Shown in pieces: positions 37,880 to 48,536 of a stretch of 56,708 nt of DNA. Location: assembly GCA_030141605.1 (NCBI GenBank), contig JAQGDQ010001187.1:1-56708 (forward strand). Reading direction: 5' to 3'. This stretch comes from Tubiluchus corallicola (lineage: Eukaryota > Animalia > Priapulida). The translations under genes were made by a program, and so were the position numbers. Within the stretch, counting starts at the first letter, position 1. Each line of letters starts with the position of its first letter. Below the pieces are notes generated by a model. That model ran no database searches and was not told the DNA's origin. It saw only the letters and a program-made list of their open reading frames with translations.

Positions 37880-38660
37880 CCCGAATGCGTTTTGCGTTAA
37901 CCACCTGCGGAATGAAAATCAATAGGAAATAACTGCAGAATCAAATTACGCATAACGCAGGTCTGGTAAATAACATAAATCGATTTTATCTATTCCGCAA
38001 ACGCACAACGCATACGCATTCCGAATGCTTCATAAACGCTACTTAACGCAGGTCTGATAAACGGGTGCGCTGAAAACATAAAAAAGCGATCTTATCTATT
38101 CCGCATCCGCATAACGCATACGCATAACGCATACGCATTCCGCATGCTTCATAAACGTCTGTAACGCAGGTCCGATAAACGGGTACATTGAAAATAACAT
38201 ACACAGATTTATCTCTTCCGCAAACGCATAACGCATACGCATTCCGCATGCTTCATAAACGCCTGTAACGCAGGTCTGATAAACGCGGAAAATCTGAAAC
38301 AACGCGAATTTTGAAATTCCTGTTTATGCTGAATTTTTTATTTATTAGGTGAAAGTCTTCGGGAAACGACATTAAAAATTGTGTGGCCATAACGTCATAC
38401 TTCGTAACGTCATACTTCGTGACCATGACAGTGGGGGAAAATAAGACGCAACTCAGCACTAATATTTTGAGGGAATAACAAGAACTTTCGGCTATTACGT
38501 AATTCCTCGTAGAAAGCAACAACGTAACGTAGTTGTAGTAGTTCTAGTAGTTCGTGTAGTAATTTATAGTTATCACGCAGTATTTTATGGAAATTATACA
38601 CAAACGTCAGTTCAGGAGATGCGTAAAATACGCATATAAACCGCAAACGCAAGTTTTAAA
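37880..38660. repeat. Degenerate ~90-120-bp repeats rich in ACGCA motifs (possible transposon arm)
   Basis: aacgcaggtcYgRtaaa recurs near 37955, 38046, 38164 and 38267, with many cgcataacgca motifs. Confidence 0.6.
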
Positions 38661-38693
38661 GCTTTATTCAGCGTATTCGACCATTTAAACTTA

Positions 38694-39449
38694 ACACTGA
38701 AAGATCTAGTTGATAGTCTAGACTCTGCAAAACTCTAGATAGGCAAAGTAGGAGAAACACTGAAAGATCTAGTTGATAGTCTAGACTCTGCAAAACTCTA
38801 GATAGGCAAAGTAGGAGAAACACTGAAAGATCTAGTTGATAGTCTAGACTCTGCAAAACTCTAGATAGGCAAAGTAGGAGAAACACTGAAAGATCTAGTT
38901 GATAGTCTAGACTCTGCAAAACTCTAGATAGGCAAAGTAGGAGAAACACTGAAAGATCTAGTTGATAGTCTAGACTCTGCAAAACTCTAGATAGGCAAAG
39001 TAGGAGAAACACTGAAAGATCTAGTTGATAGTCTAGACTCTGCAAAACTCTAGATAGGCAAAGTAGGAGAAACACTGAAAGATCTAGTTGATAGTCTAGA
39101 CTCTGCAAAACTCTAGATAGGCAAAGTAGGAGAATCACTGAAAGATCTAGTTGATAGTCTAGACTCTGCAAAACTCTAGGTAGGCAAAGTAGGAGAAACA
39201 CTGAAAGATCTAGTTGATAGTCTAGACTCTGCAAAACTCTAGATAGGCAAAGTAGGAGAAACACTGAAAGATCTAGTTGATAGTCTAGACTCTGCAAAAC
39301 TCTAGATAGGCAAAGTAGGAGAAACACTGAAAGATCTAGTTGATAGTCTAGACTCTGCAAAACTCTAGGTAGGCAAAGTAGGAGAAACACTGAAAGATCT
39401 AGTTGATAGTCTTAAATCTGCAAAACTCTAGATAGGTAAAGTAGGAGAG
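38694..39449. repeat. 63-bp minisatellite, ~12 copies
   Basis: Unit acactgaaagatctagttgatagtctagactctgcaaaactctagataggcaaagtaggagaa. Confidence 0.97.
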
Positions 39450-39689
39450 AAGTAGGGATGAATAAAACATGAACAGGGCAATAAATTTTTCCTACTTTCA
39501 GCAAAGAAAAAGAATGGCCGAACGGTGAAAAATAGCCAACCAAGTGACTGACTGTCTGACTCATTTGGTCGATGAACTAACAAACCATCTAAGTAACCCA
39601 CCGAAGTATGAAAAAGTACAAGATAGGAACGAGAAAACAGGAACAGAAGAACTGATACGTGAAATAAATGTTTTACATGTTAAGAAGTA

Positions 39690-39853
39690 ATAAACAAACA
39701 AACAAACAAGCAAACAAGCAAGCAAGCAGACAAGCAGACAAGCAAACAAGCAGACAAACAAGCAAGCAAACAAGCAGACAAACAAACAAGCAAACAAGCA
39801 AACAAGCAAACATACAAACATACAAACATACAAACATACAAACAAACAAACAA
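39690..39853. repeat. (CAAA/CAAG/CATA)n microsatellite
   Basis: Directly visible. Confidence 0.9.
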
Positions 39854-39904
39854 ATTTGTCCTGCACATTTGTATTTAGTGATGAAGGTTTTTCAGCCCCA
39901 TTAA

Positions 39905-40521
39905 AGAAAAACAAGATGAGTTTTCATATACTACTCCATTTTCAAGTAAGGTAAAAATTATACATTTTGACACCTATAATAGTGAAAACACATTTCTGGT
40001 AATTAAATAGTAGATTAAAATCTTAATTAACGACACGCGAGCCTAATTATTGATGACATCACAAACGAACATAATTTTCAACAGCAAAAATAATCCACGA
40101 GCGTGTTACACGTGTTTGCGAAAGCGAAAATTGAAGTACCGTGTTACTGTAAGATATTCAGAGTGCTGTACTAAAACTAGGCAAGATTAAAGGTAAAAAT
40201 TCAAATTTCAAATTTAGCGCTGTGCTCACGGGTGAACTGTCAAAGGCGTATAGGTAGTCACAAACTAACACATCTGAACTGAGGGGTACAGCACCTGTTT
40301 TTGTGCAAAGCGTTTTCGAAATGCAGACGCTAGTGCCCGTCTAACTAGCGAATGGCGAAATGTATGTAACAGCAAAGAACTAGTGGCACGAACGAGAAAT
40401 TTTGTTTGCGTGTAATAATTCTTTAACGTAAGTCAGTTTTGAAAAAATAGTACGTTTTCTTTTAATATTTTAAAGAGTAGATTGTTTTGACGTATAGTTT
40501 CAGATTGGGTCTAGTTTTGCT
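39905..40521 (+). mobile_element. Kolobok-like non-autonomous element, family B, copy 2 (full length)
   Basis: Bounded TTAA|AGAAAAACAAGA ... TCTAGTTTTGCT|TTAA (10/12 TIR match). Confidence 0.82.
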
Positions 40522-40977
40522 TTAATCAGAGGTTTTTGTTTTTCGAATGTTTTTATCTGAACGAATTAATTTATACCTTGTTGCTCGCTTCTAACGTGGA
40601 AAATGTTTATATATAATGCTCAACCTAAGAAATTTTATAGCAGGTATGCAAAAAAGTGCAGAATTACTGGATAAGTGCCAAAGTAGTTCTGCCACTGACC
40701 TTCCCATTGATTTTGCGCATTGATCAAGAGTATGTAGCAACTGTTTTATATGGTACACACACTTGTCTATGGTTAACAAATAATGGCACGTGGCATTATA
40801 ATGAATCCGTAGGTATAATTGCTATTCTAACCATCGTGTCCAGAAGTATTGATCACGTGTTACTACTATACCCTGTGAGGCAAATTTGCTTCGTCAATCA
40901 GACGCTTGGAGTTCCCAAGTTAACTCAACCGTGACGTCTTAATTTCCTCACAATTAAGACTCGATCATTGGTAGCTG

Positions 40978-42545
40978 GGCATAAAGAATGGAGAAAGGAA
41001 TATAAAAAGAGAAAAAAGCACAAGAGAGCATAAGCATATAGAAAGAGAAAAAAGCATAAGAAAGCATAAGCATATAGAAAGAGAAAAACATAAGAGAGCA
41101 TAAGCATAAAGAAAGAGAAAAACATAAGAGAGCAAAAGCATAAAGAAAGAGAAAGAAGCATAAGAAAGCATAAGCATATAGAAAGAAAAAAAGCACAAAG
41201 AGAGCATAAGCATATAGAAAGAGAAAAAAGAATAAGCATATAGAAAGAGAAAAAACCATGAGAAAGCATATGCATAAAGAAAGATAAAAAAACATAAGAG
41301 AGCAAAAGCATATAGAAAGAGAAAAAAAACATAAGAAAGCAGAAGCATATAGAAAGAGAAAAAAAAACATAAGAAAACAGAAGCATATAGAAAGAGAAAA
41401 AGGTATAAGCACATAGAAGAGAAAAAAGCATAAGAGAGCAGAAGCATATAGAAAGAGAAAAAAACATAAGAGGGCAGAAGCATATAGAAAGAGAAAAAAG
41501 TATAAGCCCATAGAAAGAGAAAAAAAGCATAAGAAAGCATAAGCATACAGAAACAGAAAAAAAACATAAGAAAACACAAATATATGTAGAAAGAGAAAAA
41601 TGCATAAGAAAGCATCAGCATATAGAAAGAGAAAAAAGAATAAGCATATAGAAAGAGAAAGAAGCATAAGAAAGCATAAGCATATAGAAAGAATAAACAT
41701 AAGAGAGCATAAGCACACAGAAAGAGAAAAAAGCATAAGAGAGCATAAGCACATAGAAAGAGAAAAAAGAATAAGCATATAGAAAGAGAAAGAAGCATAA
41801 GAAAGCATAAGCATATAGAAAGAATAAACATAAGAGAGCATAAGCATACAGAAAGAGAAAAAAGCATAAGAGAGCATAAGCACATAGAAAGAGAAAAAAG
41901 CACAAGAAAGCATAAGCATATGGAAAGAGAAAAAAGCATAAGAGAGCATAAGCATATGGGAAGAGAAAAAAGCATAAGAAAGCATAAGCATATAGAAAGA
42001 GAATAAACATAAGAGAGCATAAGCATACAGAAAGAGAAAAAAGCATAAGAGAGCATAAGCACATAGAAAGAGAAAAGAAGCATAAGAAAGCATAAGCATA
42101 CAGAAAGAGAAAAAACATAAGAAAGCATAAGCATGTAGAAAGAGAAAAAGCACAAAGAAAGCATAAGCATGTAGAAAGAGAAAAAGCACAAGAAAGCATA
42201 AGCATGTAGAAAGAGAAAAAGCACAAAGAAAGCATAAGCATGTAGAAAGAGAAAAAGCACAAGAAAGCATAAGCATATGGAAAGAGAAAAAAGCATAAGA
42301 GAGCATAAGCACATAGAAAGAGAAAAAAGCATAAGAAAGCATAAGCACATAGAAAGAGAAAAAAGCATAAGAAAGCATAAGCACATAGAAAGAGAAAAAA
42401 GCATAAGAAAGCATAAGCATATAGAAAGAGAAAGAAACCATGAGAAAGCATATGCATTCAGAAAGAATAAACATAAGAAAGCATAAGCATACAGAAAGAG
42501 AAAAAAACATAAGAAAGCATAAGCATATAAAAAGATAAAAAAATC
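40978..42545. repeat. A/purine-rich degenerate minisatellite (~25-38-bp units)
   Basis: Modules agaaagagaaaaa and gcataag are repeated with variable A-runs. Confidence 0.92.
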
Positions 42546-42982
42546 TTTATCAGATTTTAGTGACTGATGCAATTTCATGTTTCTTGCAGTGAACCGAGAA
42601 ACCTAAACAGCTGCTTTGTCCACATAGCGTTTCAATTTTTAATCTTCTTGGTAAAAACATCTTCACTTTCGACAAGTTTTAAGTTTTCGAATTGCTTGTA
42701 TTTTGTAATGATTTTCGATATTATTAATAGCAAAGATACTTTCCAATTCAAGTTCACTTTTCGCTACAACCACACATTGTACAAGTTCACGTTCATTCGA
42801 CTAAATAGTGTAATCTACAGCCAAAGAGAAAAATGAAAATTAAGCTGTATTAAGATATCTTTTAACACTAAATGGGCGGAGTCAGTCAGTGAGTCATGAG
42901 GATAGGTACCACTTACGTGCTAAGTTTTGGCTGCGTAAGCTACCTTTGAAACGGTACAAGACAAATATATGATTTATATTAA

Positions 42983-43591
42983 GTGCAAAACTGGACCCAG
43001 TCTTACACTGTAGGTCAAAACAATCTACTCTTTAAAATATTGAAAGTAAACATACTGTTTTTTTTTCAAAAATACTTACATAAAAAAATATTATCACACA
43101 AACAGAATTTCGCATTCGCACTACTAGTTCTTCGCTGTTACATGCATTTCGCCATTCGCTAGTTAGACAGGCACTAGCGAATGCATTTCGGAAACGCATT
43201 GCACAAAAACAGGTGCTGTACCTCTCAGTTCAGATGTGTTAGTTTCTGAGGAACTGCACATGTTCTACAGCTCATGCGTAAGCACAGTGGTAAATTTGAA
43301 TTTTTATCTTAAAACTTGCCTAGTTTTTAGTACAACACTCTGAATCTCTTACATTAACACTGTACTTCAATTTTCTCTTTCGCAAACACGTGTAACACTC
43401 TTGCGGAATGTTTGTGCTGTTGAAAAAACTGTTCGTTTGTGATGTCGTCACTAGTTGGGCTCGCCCGCCATTAATTAAGTTTTTAATCTGTTATTTATTT
43501 GTCAGAAATTGTAGTATTAATTGTGTTAAAATGTATAATTTTTATCGTATTTGAAAATGGGATAGTACATGAAAAATCATCCTGTCTTCCT
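42983..43591 (-). mobile_element. Kolobok-like non-autonomous element, family B, copy 3 (inverted)
   Basis: Bounded TTAA|GTGCAAAACTGGACCC ... CATCCTGTCTTCCT|TTAA. Reverse-complement match to 39905-40521. Confidence 0.82.
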
Positions 43592-44321
43592 TTAAGGGGA
43601 ACCATATTAAGGCTTCATTTGTGACGTCACATTTCTCCTTGGGATATTTCAGGAAAAGGGAGTGTTACACATTTTAGTGCGATGTAGTCTCTCTTATACA
43701 ATTTAGCATCTAATACATGCGGCCATGCACTCAACACAAAAGTTCAGTTAATGAAGATTATTGTGGCGGTACCGGAATCTCCAGAGATAATCGTTTAAAG
43801 TGAATTTATGTATCGACGGAAGTGACTTTGTCACATCGGGACTGGATATACTTCTTTCTTTGACAAGATGACCAGCCAGGCCGTGCGACAGATGAAACTA
43901 GCCAGAATTTTACTGACCATACCCAGTGTTGTTTAATTCGGTTGCATATCGTGACCACTCGGCTGTTTGTCACCCCTGGAAGGAACGCATGATGTGAAAA
44001 TGGTGAAAGCTCGACACAATGTTTGCATTAAATGTATACACGGGCTCATTGGAGAAGACACACCCGTCATATCTGTAAGAGCAAACATTACCGTCAACTC
44101 TGGACTCTATAAGTTAGACGGTAGTACTCTGATTTGACACAAAACGTGACACGTGAAACAAGTGTCAATATAAAGGACAAACAGTGAAGCCATTCCGGAT
44201 TTTAGCCATCCTGAGTCCAGTTTCATGAGTGCATGGCTTCATGGTTAGGGTGGCCTGTTCTTCAGCACTCATAATACGCAAGAAATGTTTGAGTTTGACT
44301 GCTGACCCCAAATGTTGAGTG

Positions 44322-44578
44322 TTGACCTTGAGCATTTACGATATGAGTATTTTTATACAGGAACTGGCTTCTAAATTTCTAGCTGTGACCATGAACATTT
44401 ACGATATGAGTATTTTTATACAGGAATTGGCTTCTAAATTTCTAGCTGTGACCATGAACATTTACGATATGAGTATTTTTATACAGGAACTGGCTTCTAA
44501 ATTTCTAGCTGTGACCTTGAGCATTTACGGTATGAGTATTTTTATACAGGAACTGGCTTGTATACTAAATTTCTAGCA
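44322..44578. repeat. 63-bp tandem repeat, ~4 copies
   Basis: Unit catttacgatatgagtatttttatacaggaactggcttctaaatttctagctgtgaccatgaa. Confidence 0.93.
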
Positions 44579-44745
44579 GACAGATTTTGATTTTTAGAAT
44601 CATAAGGTGAATAGAAAAAACAGAATGAGTATGGTAATTAAAATCGTTCAGAAGGAGAGTCGAACCCGCTGGTCGCCAATCCGTTAAAATCACGTTCGTA
44701 CAATAAGAGAAGTTTCCTGCCAAATTCCAGCATTTCAACGTGCAA

Positions 44746-44985
44746 AACTACCTGGACCAGGACCCTTTGCATATGCGACGCCTTGAATACTTCCTCGCGT
44801 GAAGATAGTTCTTAACCTTGAAGACGTTACTAAAGTAAACACGGGAGGGGGGAGATGAAACTACCTGGACCAGGACCCTTTGCATATGCGACACCTTGAA
44901 TACTTCCTCGGGTGAAAATAGTTCTTAACCTTGAAGACGTTAATAAAGTAAACACGGGAGGGGAGGGGGGAGATGAAATTACCTG
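44746..44985. repeat. ~112-bp tandem duplication
   Basis: aaactacctggaccaggaccctttgc...gggagatg occurs twice. Confidence 0.9.
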
Positions 44986-45037
44986 TATCGGCTACTTTCA
45001 GACCAGAACTTTCTTGAACAGAAATGTGCAAAGTTAA

Positions 45038-45689
45038 AGCACAAGAAAACCATCCACTTACTTAAAGCTTGAAATTTTATACCACTTACATACCACCTCT
45101 TTGCATACAGCACTTGCGTCGGTAGCGCTGTACAAAACATGCAAATTTAAACTCCCGCGAATCCGCGATGACCGTTAGAGGCAGAAATTTTGACGCAAAT
45201 TTTGATAACATTGCGTGAAGTTTGAAATCAGAGCATTCATAGCGCACGTGTCACTAACTAAGCACAATTTTAAATTACTGTATCTTGTCAATAAGATTAA
45301 AAATACGTTTTTTGGTTAGTGAGTGGCCACCCAGGAGGGTGAGTCAGCGACATTTTAACACTTGGGGAAACGTTTTAAATAATTAATAATTTCCTATTCT
45401 ACTTACAATTATCCTTCAATCAGATAAGCAAAATGCTAAGTAATATATCTTTTCATGGAAAGTTTTTTGAGACATAGTTTAACATTTGCTTTTCTTCCCT
45501 GATTTACGTTGTGTGTATATGACGTCACGTAATGGCGACTACGGAACTGTACTGCGGGAGATTTAAAATGAAAACAAACAAAAATTCCTTTTAACGCGAG
45601 TACGATATGCGCGTAAAATTGTTATAAATGAACATAATTATTAAGACGATTTTTCTGAAACCAACGTCAGGTCCCCCTTTTCGTGTTCT
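45038..45689 (-). mobile_element. Kolobok-like non-autonomous element, family C, copy 2 (inverted)
   Basis: Bounded TTAA|AGCACAAGAAAA ... TTTTCGTGTTCT|TGAA. Reverse-complement match to 26767-27432. Confidence 0.78.
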
Positions 45690-45942
45690 TGAATGCGGTA
45701 CAGTACATACATGTCTTTGCTCCTCCTGTTTACATCAGGTACCCCTTTTCGTGTTCTTGAATGCGGTACAGTACATACATGTCTTTACTCCTCCTGTTTA
45801 CATCAGGTACCCCTTTTCGTGTTCTTGAATGCGGTACAGTACATACATGTCTTTACTCCTCCTGTTTACATCAGGTACCCCTTTTCGTGTTCTTGAATGC
45901 GGTACAGTACATACATGTCTTTACTCCTCCTGTTTACATCAG
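45666..45942. repeat. 68-bp tandem repeat, ~4 copies, spanning the end of family C copy 2
   Basis: Unit caggtaccccttttcgtgttcttgaatgcggtacagtacatacatgtctttactcctcctgtttacat. Confidence 0.95.
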
Positions 45943-46553
45943 CTATTCGTGATTCTGGTTATCGTGAAACCGCATTTTTCTCAGTAGTGTAAAAATGATT
46001 TAATCAGTTTCCGTACTGCGCCATGTGGTTAATTATCAAAGGAAATTAATTTCACGTAATAAAATTACTCAATTAGGTAATTGACGTCCGCTTAGCATAA
46101 TCTGCGTGAATTCGACAAGTGCGCATAAAAAGGTTGCGCTAATGACATAACCGCTGAAGATGAAGAAGCTGCGGAACAAGGAATTAATGAAGCAGCGATA
46201 AATGTTATGATAACATTGATATAATTCTACGTTTTTTCCACTGTTAATGGCTTGCAGTTTAATTAGTAATTTACTGCCATTACAATATAATGCATATAAG
46301 AAATCTGTCTTGTTATTCGTCCATCACGTCTATTCAGTTGTTAATGGCATTATGCATATATAAGTATATATATATATATATAATTATAGTAATAATATAA
46401 TATAATATATAATAATATTTGTGTATATGTAAACTTTATTTATTTTAAGTGGATTGACATGCAGTAGTATTACTGATCGGAGTTTTTCCACTGTGTAACA
46501 AATACATGTTAGCTGAGAACAGGCATATATGCAACTGGTTACCAAGAATATGG

Positions 46554-46555
<2 letters not shown>

Positions 46556-46618
<63 letters not shown>

Positions 46619-46632
46619 TGTGTGTGTGTGTA
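46556..46632. repeat. (CA)n directly followed by (TG)n
   Basis: Directly visible and self-complementary. Confidence 0.95.
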
Positions 46633-47349
46633 TGTAAACTTTATTTATTTTAAGTGGATTGACATGCAGTAATATTACTGATCGGAGTTTTTCTACTGCG
46701 CAACAAATACATTTTAGCTGAGAACAGTTATATACAACTGATTATCAAGAACTTAGATAGTTAGTTAAAAAACACGGGTAATTCATTAGTTAAAATTACT
46801 TTAAATTGAAATATACAAAGCTCACAGAGTACAGAAGCGATGCCAAAAACAATTGTCAATGTACATCATCTTATTAGTTATACAAAAGTATGATTGATCA
46901 GTACTTGGTGTTTAGTTCAAAATAATTCAGCTTACAGTTCAATACACAATTACACGTACGTCGTACAATCAATTAGAAAACCGTTTAGAAGACTTTATGT
47001 AGTTCTGCAACAATTTAAAGAGATTGGCACTGGATGGATGACCAGATTTGAGTTTATAAAACATGTCGTTGTAAACAATAGCAGGTCTAGGGTTGGGGGA
47101 TAATTCTAGAGTTATGTGTCGATAATAACAGAGCTGATCCAATAATAGTGTTCTGTGTATGTCATAGTTAGAAAACTCAGAAAGTAATAGCTGGGGCTCT
47201 AAGTTGAATTGTTGCAGCCACATGAACTGTCACCGATAATATTCCTGTAAAACAAATCACCCTTTAATTGTGAAAAATTGGTAATGAATCTATTAGTTGA
47301 AATCTCATTACTTTGATCATCATTATAATATTGGAATACTGATTTAGTA

Positions 47350-47722
47350 TGAGGGTTGCCCACACTGTATCTCGACACTAAGCGAGGAGCTGCACAAACA
47401 GCCAACGGCTAGAGGGCGGAGGAGGTCAAGTGACCCAACGATCAGTGCAGCATGCTCACTGACTCCGGCAGCTCCTGCAGCCAACCTGGTGCCAAACGTA
47501 TCGCTCCGCTTTCCTTTGGACAACACCAGGGAGGAAGAGATGGGTTCCTGTTGTCTGGGCAACACAGGATCTCCATACACCTTGCCCAGGCGTGCGCCCT
47601 GGAGACGTTCAAAGATCGGACTGCTCAGTCACAGTCGACGCTGCAGCTCCATCAATGTGATCAATAACTGACTCTCTTGGCGCACACTCCATTGTCTTCC
47701 AAGACAGAAGGATGCCAACAAC
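47350..47722 (+). mobile_element. Non-autonomous bipartite RTE-derived retroelement, copy 2
   Basis: Perfect 14-bp TSD ATACTGATTTAGTA (47336-49 and 47723-36). The 3' part encodes SKIGLLSHSRRCS (RTE ORF C-terminus-like) and ends CCATTGTCTTCCAAGACAGAAGGATGCCAACAAC. Confidence 0.82.
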
Positions 47723-48536
47723 ATACTGATTTAGTACGAACTCCTCATAGGTACAACAATCTACTTTGAAAGACAAACGGAGAAAGAAACGTCTGTCTGC
47801 TTTCAATTGGTAAACTGCTCCATAAGCGGATGCCCTTTTGGAAAAAAAACTGTTATACAACAGTCGTGTAGGCGTTGAAAGCAATGAATCACGTAGAGCA
47901 TAGTGGTTATTGGGACGAAACTCATTGAATTTTTCAATCAAGTATTGAGGAGTTTGATTATAATATATCTTTTTGGATTATTCGAACGGTTTGAAGTTCA
48001 CTCCTCCTTTTGAATGCTGGCAAACGAAGCACTGAGTTAATGATTAGTGTTACGACCTCTTCATCGCCCTACACGTTAGCCACATAGTTCGATATTGTAC
48101 TCCTTCAATTCTAGTGAAATTTGTTCTTGAGCAAAGACACTAAATTACAATACTACTATGGTATTCGATGATAATTAACCTGCTGGAGGAATGGACTATA
48201 TACGCGCGTAGTTTTGTGCGTGGAATTTAGTTGAGGTCCCCGAATGAGAGCTGGAGATCATGTGTATAGACATGTTAAGCATTCCCATCAGATAATTGAA
48301 TTAGAGAAATTACCAATTTGCTGTCCAGGCGCAAAGTGCTGGCTACGGCTGGCTTCTGCATAGGTTAGTATAAATTCTTTCTTGTTTTAGTGTGGCTCTG
48401 ACTATCAAAACAGTGTAGTAACAAAAATAGTAGCTATTGAGTTCAATATAACGTAGTTTAATATTTTTCACAATTTTGTATTGCGAAAATCGTATATAAT
48501 ACTCGTGTATAGCATAAATGTAACGCTCTGCTTTAA

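Larger units (their letters stand above)
46421..48000 (-). pseudogene. Decayed 3' portion of a CR1/L2-group LINE (ORF2 C-terminus and 3' UTR)
   Basis: Minus-strand peptides NHYALRD..PTRLLYNSFFS, NFSQLKGDLFYRNIIGDSSCGC and LFKLLQNYIKSSKRF resemble invertebrate CR1-type ORF2 C-termini. The 3' end has AATAAATAAA followed by a microsatellite tail. The 5' boundary is approximate. Confidence 0.62.
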
